64,000 bases of DNA from Nitrospirota bacterium (GTDB taxonomy: Bacteria > Nitrospirota > UBA9217), in the NCBI GenBank assembly GCA_963663225.1, contig OY760142.1:576001-640000 (forward strand), in the 5' to 3' direction. Positions 10,314 through 20,440 of the stretch are shown piece by piece (the first letter of the stretch is position 1; the number at the start of each line of letters is the position of its first letter). A model generated the notes under the pieces. It did not search any database. It was not told where the DNA came from and saw only the letters and a program-made list of their open reading frames with translations. Made by a program: the position numbers and the translations under genes.

Positions 10314-10892
10314 CTAGTCCTGTTCTCTGAGCCATCCGGGAGGCACGCCGGCCTTGCGCGCTTCCTCGGGAATAACCTTTTCCACCTCATTTCGGGCGCT
10401 GTCAATTTCCTGCTGCACGACCGCCATTTCCTGCTCGATGCGATCAGCTTCCAGTTTTAATCCTATATTCCCGGAAGCTCCTCCTGCCCATCGTGCCATT
10501 GCCGCATTTCGCTTTTCGTTAAGCTCCTGATACCGCTGCTGAGCGTCCGCAAGACGTTTCCGGGCCTGCTTCAGACGCTGCTGCCATTCTTCTTTTCGTT
10601 CTTGCTCAGAAAGTTCATCATTGCCCGTGTCGGCTGGTCTGGTTATTTTTTGCTGCTGATCAGAGTCTTTGTCGGGCGTTGATTCTTCAACCCTGAGAGT
10701 TTTGCTGCGATATTGCTTCGGAACCGCGCCCAGATCATCAGTGACATGCACGACTCCCCTGTCGTCAGTCCACTGATACAGATAACTTTTTTGCGGCTCC
10801 TTGCCCGCTGGTTGGTCCGTTGGTCCGGTCTGGGCAAAAAGCGTGCCGGAGACAAACAACAGAATTGCAGCGGCAACAGTTATCAGGCGCAT
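10314..10892 (-). CDS. DUF4124-domain secreted protein
   Basis: Signal peptide, YQWTDDRGVVHVTD motif, coiled coil, C-terminal GVPPGWLR. Confidence 0.8.
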   Translation of the reverse strand: MRLITVAAAILLFVSGTLFAQTGPTDQPAGKEPQKSYLYQWTDDRGVVHVTDDLGAVPKQYRSKTLRVEESTPDKDSDQQQKITRPADTGNDELSEQERKEEWQQRLKQARKRLADAQQRYQELNEKRNAAMARWAGGASGNIGLKLEADRIEQEMAVVQQEIDSARNEVEKVIPEEARKAGVPPGWLREQD

Positions 10893-10903
10893 AGCTGCTC
10901 CTT

Positions 10904-11377
10904 TTATTGGATGGTGCAGACGGCGTATGCCGCTATTCCTTCGCCTCTCCCCGCGAAACCGAGCCCTTCAGTCGTCGTGGCCTTCACATTGACGGACGTC
11001 CTGTCGATTTTTACGGCAGAGGCGATATTCGAAACCATCACGGAAATATGCGGCGACATTTTGGGTTTTTCAGCTACAATAGTCGCATCGATATTATTGA
11101 TCCGGAAGCCTGAATCGGCAAGCAGCCGGTGAACTTCTTCAAGAAGCGTAAGGCTTGATATGCCTTTGTATTTCGGCGACGAATCCGGGAAATGCCTGCC
11201 GATGTCCCCGAGTCCCGCCGCGCCCAGCAGGGCGTCGCAAATTGCGTGAAGCAGCACGTCTGCATCGGAGTGCCCGAGCAGGCCCTTTTCATACGGTATT
11301 TCGACGCCGCCGATGATAAGTTTTCTGCCCTCGACAAGACGATGGACATCATACCCTGTCCCGATACGCACGATCAT
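10904..11377 (-). CDS. ispF: 2-C-methyl-D-erythritol 2,4-cyclodiphosphate synthase
   Basis: [18 protein letters not shown] and KATTTEGLG motifs. Confidence 0.97.
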   Translation of the reverse strand: MIVRIGTGYDVHRLVEGRKLIIGGVEIPYEKGLLGHSDADVLLHAICDALLGAAGLGDIGRHFPDSSPKYKGISSLTLLEEVHRLLADSGFRINNIDATIVAEKPKMSPHISVMVSNIASAVKIDRTSVNVKATTTEGLGFAGRGEGIAAYAVCTIQ

Positions 11378-12063
11378 CTCCCCTTGAGTATCTCTTCCGC
11401 CAGGATCAAATCCTCAGGCGTCGTTATTTTAATATTATCATAACTTCCCATAATGACGCGCACGGGAACGCCAATCCGCTCTACCAGCGTCGAGTCGTCT
11501 GTTCCGTATACATTATGCTTGTATGACTCGGAATATGCACGTTTCAGGATTTTGACCGGAAACGTCTGCGGTGTCTGGATCGCCCACAGCCGGCTGCGTT
11601 CCAGCGTATTCCGGACGACCCTCTTATCGTCAACTTCCTTGATCGTGTCCTTGATCGGCACGCCTGCCACGACGCATTCGCCTTTCTTCGCGAATTCGAT
11701 GGATTCCCTGATCATCTCATTCGTCACAAAGGGACGAACCCCGTCATGAACCATCACGATCGAAGCGTCCTTTTCCAGTTTCTTCAGACCGTTTGCAACC
11801 GAATCCTGCCGCTCCTTGCCCCCGACAACCAGAGTCTTGACCTTTGTAATATGGTACTGTTCGATTATATCCTGAAGGCAGGTTTCCATGTCCTCTTCGG
11901 ACAAAACGGGAATGATCTCGTCGATTTCCGAAGCCCGCTGAAATACAAGGAGCGTATGAGCAAGCATCGGCTTGTCGCCAAGCGGGAGAAATTGCTTCGC
12001 AACGGCTTTTCCCATCCGTTTGCCCATACCTGCTGCCGGGACGAGTACTGTCACTTTAGACAT
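11374..12063 (-). CDS. ispD: 2-C-methyl-D-erythritol 4-phosphate cytidylyltransferase
   Basis: [41 protein letters not shown]; overlaps ispF by 4 nt. Confidence 0.97.
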   Translation of the reverse strand: MSKVTVLVPAAGMGKRMGKAVAKQFLPLGDKPMLAHTLLVFQRASEIDEIIPVLSEEDMETCLQDIIEQYHITKVKTLVVGGKERQDSVANGLKKLEKDASIVMVHDGVRPFVTNEMIRESIEFAKKGECVVAGVPIKDTIKEVDDKRVVRNTLERSRLWAIQTPQTFPVKILKRAYSESYKHNVYGTDDSTLVERIGVPVRVIMGSYDNIKITTPEDLILAEEILKGR

Positions 12064-12178
12064 GGCCACCTCAACATTCTTCCTGACTGTTCATAAAAAG
12101 ATTCAGGAAGGAATCAGACCACAAGCAAAAAAATATTTTCAGTGAAGCATGAGCGCGGGCGTCATGAATGCACAAATG

Positions 12179-13102
12179 CTATTTTTTATAGTTTTTGACG
12201 ATTATCTTAAACCGCTTGGACAAGGGAGCTTCCATATTGAGCGTTACACACAGCTGGAATTGTTCTTCCCGTCCTTCTGCCAGAACATCAAACGGAAGAA
12301 TAATCTGGCCGTTTTCCATGAACGGACTCCCCAAGTTCACCGTGGGTCTTGCATCGGGCAGCTGCCCCGGCGGTTCCATGTTCAATCCGTCATCTGCCGG
12401 ACGGCTGTCCGGCACCGCGGACTCGTGAGAAGAAAATGCCTGCGGTTCGTTTTCCAAGTGTTGCGGCGTGTTTTCGTCTTTTCCGGCAATTTCCGTGAAT
12501 GTAAAATTGTGACGTTCGGGAAACTTCTGCATATCCTGCAGGATAAGCTTGGACGCGGCGGTGAATGTTTTGAGAACGCCCTGGCCGGTCGTCGCAACCG
12601 CTTCGTAGTAGGGAAGATTCCTTGGATTTAGTGCAGCGTTCAGTTCCTCGATGCTGAGAATGTCCGGCAGATCCCGCTTGTTATACTGGATCACCATGGG
12701 AAACTCGTCGAGAGCGATGCCCTGCTCTGCAAAATTCTCACGCAGGTTCGCAATGCTCTCAAGGTTTGCATCGAGCATGGCCCGCTGGGAATCAGCGACA
12801 AAAATCACCCCATCCGCGCCTTTGAGCACCAGTTTCCGTGTCGCATTATAAAAGACCTGGCCGGGAACCGTATAAAGATGGAACCGCACTTTATAATTCA
12901 TGACGGCGCCGATTTCAACCGGGAGAAAATCGAAAAAGAGAGTGCGGTCCGTTTCGGTCGAAAGCGAGATAAGTTTGCCCCTCATTCCCGGTGCAATACG
13001 GTGGTAGATCAAATGAATGTTCGTCGTTTTGCCGCACAGACCGGGTCCATAGTACACGATCTTCGCGTTTATTTCACGGGTAGTATGATTTACTAAAGCC
13101 AT
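12179..13102 (-). CDS. MglA-family small GTPase with a C-terminal extension
   Basis: KIVYYGPGLCGKTTN, TETDRTLFFDF, YTVPGQVFY and NKRD motifs; about 110 extra C-terminal residues. Confidence 0.9.
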   Translation of the reverse strand: MALVNHTTREINAKIVYYGPGLCGKTTNIHLIYHRIAPGMRGKLISLSTETDRTLFFDFLPVEIGAVMNYKVRFHLYTVPGQVFYNATRKLVLKGADGVIFVADSQRAMLDANLESIANLRENFAEQGIALDEFPMVIQYNKRDLPDILSIEELNAALNPRNLPYYEAVATTGQGVLKTFTAASKLILQDMQKFPERHNFTFTEIAGKDENTPQHLENEPQAFSSHESAVPDSRPADDGLNMEPPGQLPDARPTVNLGSPFMENGQIILPFDVLAEGREEQFQLCVTLNMEAPLSKRFKIIVKNYKK

Positions 13103-13273
13103 GGCCCATCATTACACAAAAAGTATGGTATGTCAATACTGCCTGCCGCGCGATCAATTCAGAAAGCATGCATCCGCGCGTCTTTTTTACCGTCGAAAAT
13201 TCAAATTGCAACCGGACGCTTTCGAAAAAGCGATGCGGATCCATCGCGGTATGTCCGCATCAGGAACGCAGGT

Positions 13274-14086
13274 TCATCCGTTCGCCAGCAGTTTCAACAC
13301 CGCTTCGTGCAGTGTCGCATTCGCACTCGCGAGCAGCGGAACTGTCCGGGCAAGTCCGACCGTCACATCGCCGATCGCACCGCCTGCCAGATCGGTCACC
13401 ACCCCGCCTGCCTCCTGGACAATCAGCCTGCCTGCCGCATAATCGAATGTCCGCGATGCCGTGGCGGTTAAAAATACGCTTACTGCCCCCGAAGCCAGAT
13501 ACGCAAGATCGAGTGCCGTTGAGCCAAAACAGCGCATCCGGCGCGCCTTCGTCAAAACTGGCATGATGCGCGGGATGTCCACGGCGGGCGTAGACGCTTC
13601 ACAGGCCACGATGGCAAGGGTTTCAGCCGGCGAAGTGGTGAGGCGGAGCCCGTTTTTATACGCTCCTTTTCCCCGTACTGCCCAAAACGCGTCTCCCGCG
13701 CACGGATTTACAACATACGCGACAGCAGTGTCCGACAGCGTATTCCCATCCAGCAGCGCAAGCGCAGTGGAAAAAAATGGAATGCCGTTCTTTGCGTTAT
13801 TGCTCCCGTCTACAGGATCTACAAGTACAATCTTGTTCCCCTTCCCGAAATCTCTGATGCCCAGTTCTTCGGAAATGAGCGTGAAAGCTTCTCCCGCCCG
13901 ATGCGCTTTTTCCAGGGCGCCAAGAATAATGTCTTCCGCCCATCTGTCCACAGGAAATGTTTTGTCTCCGCCGGCACCTCTTCCGAGCGCAATCGTGCCG
14001 TCCTGTCCGGTCATTATTTCCGATAGTTTGCCGTGCAGTTCCCGGCCGATTTCCTTGAAAAGTTCCAGCCAGTCTTCATTGTTCAT
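13274..14086 (-). CDS. Inositol monophosphatase family protein (archaeal-type FBPase/IMPase-like)
   Basis: SEE, VDPVDGSNN, GSTALDLAYLASG and FDYAAG..IVQEAGG motifs. Confidence 0.88.
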   Translation of the reverse strand: MNNEDWLELFKEIGRELHGKLSEIMTGQDGTIALGRGAGGDKTFPVDRWAEDIILGALEKAHRAGEAFTLISEELGIRDFGKGNKIVLVDPVDGSNNAKNGIPFFSTALALLDGNTLSDTAVAYVVNPCAGDAFWAVRGKGAYKNGLRLTTSPAETLAIVACEASTPAVDIPRIMPVLTKARRMRCFGSTALDLAYLASGAVSVFLTATASRTFDYAAGRLIVQEAGGVVTDLAGGAIGDVTVGLARTVPLLASANATLHEAVLKLLANG

Positions 14087-14185
14087 TAGGATCTCCCCCG
14101 CAATGCGCGCCACGCAAGAATACAGCCTTTAAAAAAAACACCGTCATAAACAGCAGGTCCCCACAGCGCCGGCATCAAGGGTGGA

Positions 14186-16009
14186 TCAGGGCGCCCTGAA
14201 AAAAACCGCGATATGTTCCGCCGTCCGTTTTGTCATCCCCTTCACTTGCATGAGCTCTTCCTCCGTTGCATGCCTGATTTTTTCCAGGCTGCCGAAATGA
14301 CGAAGCAAAGCGCGTTTTCGAACTGCTCCGACACCGCGTATATCGTCAAGCTCCGACTTTATTGCGCGCTTTTCGCGCAATTTCCGGTGGTAGGAAATGG
14401 CAAAACGATGAGATTCATCGCGAATGCGTGCGAGAAGATGCGTGACAGGGCTCATGGGATCAAGGATGATCGGCTCTTCCAGACCGGGCAGAAACACCCG
14501 TTCGAACTCCCGTTCTGCGCCGTTTTCTCCGCTTCTCGCCTTTGCCAGGCCTATAATATCCGGGACTTCTATCTTCAGTTCCTGCAGGACATCGAGCGCC
14601 GCATTGAGCTGCCCTTTTCCGCCGTCGATCAGGATAAGGTCCGGCAGCGTCTCCGCGTTCGTCTCCTTTGAATATCTCCGCCGGACAACCTCTGCCATGC
14701 TTGCGAAATCATCCTGGCCCGTCACGCCCTTGATTTTGAATTTTTTGTACGAGCGCTTATCCGGAAGATTATTTTCGAAAACAACCATGCTTGCCACTGA
14801 TTCCGTTCCCTGGATCGTTGAAATATCAAACGCCTCGATCCTGCGCGGAAGATTCCTGAGCCCAAGCTCCTGCTGGAGCTTCATCAATATCCGCTCCTTG
14901 CTTCTGCGTGAAAGCAGGTGCTGCCGCAGCGACTGCGCGGCATTGTCCGACGCCATCTGGACCAGTTCTTTTCTTCTCCCCCGCTGAGGAACGAGGACTT
15001 CGACATGCGCCCCGCGTTTTTCCGCAAGCCATGATGCAAGCATGGCAAAATCCGGGATTTCGCGTGGCAACAGGACCTCACGAGGGACAATCATGTCTTT
15101 CGAATAGAACTGCCGCAGAAAGCCGTCCAGGACTTCTTCTTCAGCCGCCCCGCCCAGTTCATCGAGATAAAAATCCCTGCGGCCCAGCAGCATGCCGTTT
15201 CTGATAAAAAGCGCCTGAACGTCGGCGTGGCCCGCTTCGAAAGCAATGCCGATAACATCCTGGTTTTCAAAACCCGGCGAGATGATTTTTTGCTTTTCCA
15301 GCGCGCCTTCGACCCGTGCAATCCGATCCCGCAGTTCCGCTGCGCGTTCGTATTCCATCTTCTCAGAGGCTTCCAGCATATGTCGTTTCAGCAGATCCAG
15401 CAGGTCGCGGTTCTTTCCTTCAAGAAAAAGACGCACCTGTTCCACGGTGTTCTGATACAGGGTCTTGTCTGCCTTTCCGGTGCAGGGGCCGAGGCACCGG
15501 CCGATCTGAAACTGGATGCATGACCTGCCCGGCTTGTCCGATTTCAGTTCCGTCCTGCAGGGGGCGAGCGGAAACGTACGACGGATAAGGGCGAGAGTCT
15601 CCCACATGCCTCCCGCGGGAACGTACGGGCCGTAGTAAAGCGCTCCGTCTTTCTTTAATTTGCGCACCACTTCGAGCCGTGGAAATTCCGCTTTTATGTC
15701 GAACCGGATATAAGGGTAATTCTTGTCGTCACGCAGAATGATATTGTACCGCGGGCGGTGTTTTTTGATGAGGTTTGATTCCAGCGCAAGCGCTTCCAAT
15801 TCCGTGTGGGTCACCATGGTCTCAATGGCCGCGATCTGCCGCACCATGATTTCCGTTTTTTCCCCCTTCGTGCCCTTCTGGAAATACGAGCGCACCCGGT
15901 TTTTCAGAGACACGGCTTTCCCGATATAGATCACGTGTCCCTTGGCATCCTTCATGAGATAAACGCCCGGCACGTCCGGCAGATTTGCTACTGTTTCTTC
16001 AAGCGTCAT
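14186..16009 (-). CDS. uvrC: Excinuclease ABC subunit C
   Basis: PGVYLMKD...YIGKA (GIY-YIG), RIEAFDIS, DGGKGQL, RDESHRFA, C-terminal HhH. Confidence 0.97.
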   Translation of the reverse strand: MTLEETVANLPDVPGVYLMKDAKGHVIYIGKAVSLKNRVRSYFQKGTKGEKTEIMVRQIAAIETMVTHTELEALALESNLIKKHRPRYNIILRDDKNYPYIRFDIKAEFPRLEVVRKLKKDGALYYGPYVPAGGMWETLALIRRTFPLAPCRTELKSDKPGRSCIQFQIGRCLGPCTGKADKTLYQNTVEQVRLFLEGKNRDLLDLLKRHMLEASEKMEYERAAELRDRIARVEGALEKQKIISPGFENQDVIGIAFEAGHADVQALFIRNGMLLGRRDFYLDELGGAAEEEVLDGFLRQFYSKDMIVPREVLLPREIPDFAMLASWLAEKRGAHVEVLVPQRGRRKELVQMASDNAAQSLRQHLLSRRSKERILMKLQQELGLRNLPRRIEAFDISTIQGTESVASMVVFENNLPDKRSYKKFKIKGVTGQDDFASMAEVVRRRYSKETNAETLPDLILIDGGKGQLNAALDVLQELKIEVPDIIGLAKARSGENGAEREFERVFLPGLEEPIILDPMSPVTHLLARIRDESHRFAISYHRKLREKRAIKSELDDIRGVGAVRKRALLRHFGSLEKIRHATEEELMQVKGMTKRTAEHIAVFFRAP

Positions 16010-16139
16010 GATAGGTAATTTTACCACGGTTGCTCCGGTTTGAACACGGATAATTCCCGGGCAAGGGTAAAATTACCTTGAAGCCGGACCGCTGTTGTGG
16101 TACCGTTCTAATTAATTGCACGATTGAAGGAGGACCGCT

Positions 16140-16964
16140 ATGAAAAAAAACCTGAGAACGTATCCCTGGATAATAATTGTTTTTGTTCTTTTTCTCTCTC
16201 CGGGTTTCGCTCAAGCAGCTCCGAGCTTCGCAGGCGAAGCCAACCCTTATTTCACCACACAATGGTTTGACTGGAAGGAATTTGGCGATGCAAATAGGCG
16301 GCTCGTTCGGGAATCAGGTCCGCGCTTCGGAGTAGGATTTACCTATAATTTCGAGTTTCAGGAACATCATCTGATACTGAAGCCACGTATCGAGATCATC
16401 GGTGGAGTAATGGATTACGACGGCGCCACCCAGGCCGGTGTTCCTGTAAAAACCGATACGAACTACTTCAGCGGAAAGCTGGAGCTTGATCTCGGGTGGA
16501 GATTCGGATCTCTGCAGCGTGCCTCGATCGAACCTTTCGCCGGAATCGGTGTCCACGGATGGTCCCGTGACATCCAGGACGCCACAGCCTCGAACGGCAC
16601 GCCGGCATATGGATATACGGAAGAGTGGTACACCTTCTATATTCGCGCGGGTTTGAGAGGCGATATTGCCTTAACAGAAAACACCCGGCTCTTTGCCGAG
16701 GCGGGCGGCAAGTTCCCCGTTTATAATGAGAATACGGCGCATTTTGATGAAGCAAATCTGGGGCCGGATGTGACCTTTAATCCGGGAAGAGAACCATCAT
16801 GGTTTGCTGAAGCAGGCATAAAATACAGAATGTTTAAGGCAAGTTTTTACTACGACAGTATGCTTTTTTCGAGATCAGGCATTGCTTACTCCGGCAGCAC
16901 TCCGTATTACCAGCCGAAATCCCAGGCGGATATTTACGGAATCAAACTAGGCGCCTCGTTCTGA
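16140..16964 (+). CDS. Outer-membrane beta-barrel protein
   Basis: Signal peptide (AQA), amphipathic strands, C-terminal Phe (YGIKLGASF); GGAGG RBS. Confidence 0.8.
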   Translation: MKKNLRTYPWIIIVFVLFLSPGFAQAAPSFAGEANPYFTTQWFDWKEFGDANRRLVRESGPRFGVGFTYNFEFQEHHLILKPRIEIIGGVMDYDGATQAGVPVKTDTNYFSGKLELDLGWRFGSLQRASIEPFAGIGVHGWSRDIQDATASNGTPAYGYTEEWYTFYIRAGLRGDIALTENTRLFAEAGGKFPVYNENTAHFDEANLGPDVTFNPGREPSWFAEAGIKYRMFKASFYYDSMLFSRSGIAYSGSTPYYQPKSQADIYGIKLGASF

Positions 16965-16985
16965 CGGCGCTCCTGTCATACTCTG

Positions 16986-17816
16986 CTACAGCCTCGGCAT
17001 GGGCGCATCAAGCGTGCCGCCGAGGCTGAGCTGATAAAATCCTTCCGGGTCCTTGTTCTTTATCAGCGACAACAGCCCCGCCTGCTCCCGCGCAAGCCGC
17101 TCGGACGGCTTCAGCTTTACAACGATATTCAGCGTGCCCCGCTCCCGAAGAACCACGTCTCCCTGACAGCGGACTTTAAGCTCCTTTCCGTCAAGGTCCA
17201 GCTTCCGGATCGTCAGCCTGTCGCCTTTGAGGTCCGCCTCCAGCCAGCACTGATCAAAATCCAGATCCGGGACGGGAAATCCCTTGACCTTCAATTCCCG
17301 TGATGCCAACCCTTTCAGCCAGAGCTTCCCCCTGCCCGTATCGCCGGTTATTTCGACGTTGCCTCCCAGCTTTCCGGACAGGCGAAATCCAAAATCTTTG
17401 AGCAGAGAATACGAACTGATATCAAGACCGTTTGCATCGATATGGAGATACTGTCTGCCCGGGCCCTGTTGCGCCTTTACGAGCAGTTCCCCTCCGTATG
17501 CTTTCGCTTTCAGGTCCAGGGAAACAAGATTCCGCAGCAGATCAAAAAGGGAGATCGAAGTCCGTACTGACTGGCTTTCGAACAGAACTTTGCCGCTTCT
17601 GTCCGAGACCACCACATCGCTCAGCACGAAATGATTGAAGAACAGCGGAGAAATGCGCGACACGTGCATCTCATAGGGCGTACGCTGCCGCACTTCTGCT
17701 TCGAGTTTTGTCTTGATCCGGTCAACGGGAAACAGGACGACCAGGAACACCAGAAAAGCCGCAAAAAAGTATACGGCAAAGAGTGCACGTCTGATGAGAA
17801 GTTTTCTGTCGATCAT
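16986..17816 (-). CDS. gspN: Type II secretion protein GspN
   Basis: N-terminal TM ending in FP, beta-rich body, LGGTLDAP end; last gene of the gsp cluster. Confidence 0.8.
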   Translation of the reverse strand: MIDRKLLIRRALFAVYFFAAFLVFLVVLFPVDRIKTKLEAEVRQRTPYEMHVSRISPLFFNHFVLSDVVVSDRSGKVLFESQSVRTSISLFDLLRNLVSLDLKAKAYGGELLVKAQQGPGRQYLHIDANGLDISSYSLLKDFGFRLSGKLGGNVEITGDTGRGKLWLKGLASRELKVKGFPVPDLDFDQCWLEADLKGDRLTIRKLDLDGKELKVRCQGDVVLRERGTLNIVVKLKPSERLAREQAGLLSLIKNKDPEGFYQLSLGGTLDAPMPRL

Positions 17817-17819
17817 GTC

Positions 17820-18320
17820 CTATCCGGCGCTTGAGACAAGAATCGTGGCATTCAGCAATTTCGGGTTGTCGAACCGGGGCTTGAAATACAGCTTCCTGAT
17901 ACGGAGGGCGTTTTTTTCAAGCAGAAAAACATAGTTGACGACATCGTACAGCGTTATGTTGTCCAGTCTTATTTCGACAATGCTTTCCTTGAAGGATTCA
18001 GTCTGTATCCCGGTCTGCGGCTTCAGCGATACGATTTTGCTGCTCAGATTCGCCCGCCGTGTAATGTTCTCGATTTCCGTCAGCAACGGCCCGCGCTTGG
18101 AAGCGATTTCCTGCACCTGCTGCAGGCGCTGCTGCATCTCAAGGTACTGCTCCTTCAGGACGCGCATTTCCGCAAGGTCCCGTTCTTTCCGCGGAATCAA
18201 GTCTTTCTTGCGGGCCAGATCGGACAGAAGCGGAGACAGGACGAAAACGGACAGCAGAATCAGCGCTGCCGCAATCCCTCCGATAATGAGTACTCTTTTA
18301 TCTCGCTGTTCAAGTTTCAT
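17820..18320 (-). CDS. gspM: Type II secretion protein GspM
   Basis: LEQRDKR followed by a TM, coiled coil and ferredoxin-like domain; position after gspL. Confidence 0.8.
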   Translation of the reverse strand: MKLEQRDKRVLIIGGIAAALILLSVFVLSPLLSDLARKKDLIPRKERDLAEMRVLKEQYLEMQQRLQQVQEIASKRGPLLTEIENITRRANLSSKIVSLKPQTGIQTESFKESIVEIRLDNITLYDVVNYVFLLEKNALRIRKLYFKPRFDNPKLLNATILVSSAG

Positions 18321-18335
18321 AGTATTGCCGTGGAT

Positions 18336-19667
18336 CTACATCGCCTGTTTGAGTTTGATATCAAAACGGAATTTCACCTTGTTGTCCATACCCATTCTCG
18401 TGTCCTGGACCAGCACCTCGGCAAAGGCTGGCGCTTTTTGCAGCTCTGATTTCATCTTGTCTACCGACTCGAAGGAAGACGCTTCACCCTGCAGCTTGAG
18501 ACGATCGCCTTCAAGAAGAAATTCCTGAAAACTCACCCGGACTTCCTTCGGGATGCCATCCGTCACTGTTTTCATAATATCCAGCGCGGACGATCCTGAT
18601 CCCAGCACACCGAACTTCTTTCTGGATTCGTCGATTTTTTTCCGAAGCTGCTCCACCGGGTCGCCCACGAGTTTCGAATCCGGCACGGTCTGGCGGTATA
18701 TTTCCCTGATTTCCCTGTCCAGTTTTCCGTAGCTGGACTGCGTGAGATAGAATTTCAGCCCGAGGCTCGCCAGCGCAAGCAGACCTGCTGCCGCCCCGGC
18801 CATGACAAGGGTGCGCCGCCTTCTGCGCCTGCCCTCGTCCACTAAATGGTATGCGAACTCCTCCTTCCGGAGGTTGACGTCGTCGCACAGTGCCAAACCG
18901 AGGCTTACGGGATCTGTCGCTTTTTTCCCGCCGAAATCGGGGATGATCCTCTCCACCGCGACCCCGATGTCTCCAAGTTCCGCACCCACGCTCTCACCTT
19001 CGGCAAGAAGATACGCTTTGTCGATGCGCGTGGCCAGCTCTGTTTCGAGTCCTTTGTGCAGATGCCTGAGTCCGCCGGTCGAACGCGAAATCGAAAAGCT
19101 TCTGCAGGCCTTTACTGTCTTCTCGTCCTTCACGCACAGATCATTACCGCCTATCAAAACCGCCGTTCCTTCAACAGGGATCATCCTTGCAACATGATAG
19201 AGGCCGATATAGGACGGAACAACAACCTGGGGATCCACGCCCGCCGAAGCGAGAAGATCGAGATGGAGCCGCAAAAGGGTTTTCGGCAGCATGATGCCTA
19301 GCACCGACGTCTCATTCTTCTCTCCGGACTTTTTGTCCGGTTTGCTCATGATCAGATGGTCGAGCACAACGTCGTCGAGCGGAAACGGAACGCTGTCTTC
19401 AATCTCAAACGGCAGCGCTTTCTCCACGCGCTTGCGGTCGTCAAACGGAAACTGCACCGGACGCTGGCTGAAATACCGGCCTGGAATGGAAGAAACGATC
19501 CGCGCCCCGGCCCAGTCCTTGGCTTTTTCTTTCAGGATGTCCACGAGCTCTGCGTCCGTCGCGAAGGTGCTGCAGAAGGAATCCCTGAGATCGGTCTGGC
19601 GCAGGCCCTTCTCAACGACCGAAACGGCCAGCCTGCCTTTCTCTATGTTTAATCCGACAATTTTCAC
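18336..19667 (-). CDS. gspL: Type II secretion protein GspL
   Basis: Actin-like cytoplasmic domain (ALPFEIEDSVPF), VNLRKEEF, TM, PilN-like periplasmic domain; GTG start overlaps the gspK stop. Confidence 0.85.
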   Translation of the reverse strand: MKIVGLNIEKGRLAVSVVEKGLRQTDLRDSFCSTFATDAELVDILKEKAKDWAGARIVSSIPGRYFSQRPVQFPFDDRKRVEKALPFEIEDSVPFPLDDVVLDHLIMSKPDKKSGEKNETSVLGIMLPKTLLRLHLDLLASAGVDPQVVVPSYIGLYHVARMIPVEGTAVLIGGNDLCVKDEKTVKACRSFSISRSTGGLRHLHKGLETELATRIDKAYLLAEGESVGAELGDIGVAVERIIPDFGGKKATDPVSLGLALCDDVNLRKEEFAYHLVDEGRRRRRRTLVMAGAAAGLLALASLGLKFYLTQSSYGKLDREIREIYRQTVPDSKLVGDPVEQLRKKIDESRKKFGVLGSGSSALDIMKTVTDGIPKEVRVSFQEFLLEGDRLKLQGEASSFESVDKMKSELQKAPAFAEVLVQDTRMGMDNKVKFRFDIKLKQAM

Positions 19668-20440
19668 AACGATCTCCAATAAACAGGAGTACTGCCATCA
19701 ATAACAGTTTCTATCTGTTTTGTATAGCTGCCCACCGTAGCAAAAAAATAAACTTTGGATACGTTGCTGATAGCAACAAAATCACTCATGTCGGTAGTCA
19801 ACTCCGCACTTGTATACGGTTGATCTTTTCTTCTTGATAAGATCGCGCTTACCGATATGGTGGTTTTTGTCGCTAAAACGCTCCGCAAAACGTCTTCTGG
19901 CGCAGTATTAATATTAATTCTATCCGCCGGCTGTGAATAGAGCGTCACATAAGGAGCTATTTTATTGTAGTCCTCGTCTTTCATGAATCTGTGGAGCTCG
20001 GTCAGCAATTGCCGCTGCTTGGTCGGGTCAACAAGCGTGTCCAGTATCTCCTGGCTCACGTTCTTTCTTCTAAAGAGCTCCGTAAGCCAGGTAAACGCGG
20101 CGTTCTCTTTCCGCAAACCGTGGATATCAATCTTCCCTGCCTCATCCTCCCAGCGGATTTTCAGTTCAGTGTCGCTTGCGCTCACCAGAGGAATAACGCC
20201 CCATTCTCCCTGTGGGAGATTGTCTTTCAGCGCCTTGTATTTTACAAAAATGGCCGGCCCGGAGCGCGCGAGGAAAAACGCCCTCTGGCTGTCGCGAAAA
20301 TTCATGGCTGCCTGCAGGCTCACTCGCGTTCCGTAGGCGAATTCAAAAACAAGCGCGATCAGGAGCGCGGTGATCAGAAGCACGACAATCAGCGCGACGC
20401 CTCGTTCACGGTTTATTATTTGATGCACCTCCGGTCTCAA
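19664..20440 (-). CDS. gspK: Type II secretion minor pseudopilin GspK
   Basis: ERG|VALIVVL leader, EDEAGKID and RININTAP motifs. Confidence 0.88.
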   Translation of the reverse strand: MRPEVHQIINRERGVALIVVLLITALLIALVFEFAYGTRVSLQAAMNFRDSQRAFFLARSGPAIFVKYKALKDNLPQGEWGVIPLVSASDTELKIRWEDEAGKIDIHGLRKENAAFTWLTELFRRKNVSQEILDTLVDPTKQRQLLTELHRFMKDEDYNKIAPYVTLYSQPADRININTAPEDVLRSVLATKTTISVSAILSRRKDQPYTSAELTTDMSDFVAISNVSKVYFFATVGSYTKQIETVIDGSTPVYWRSL

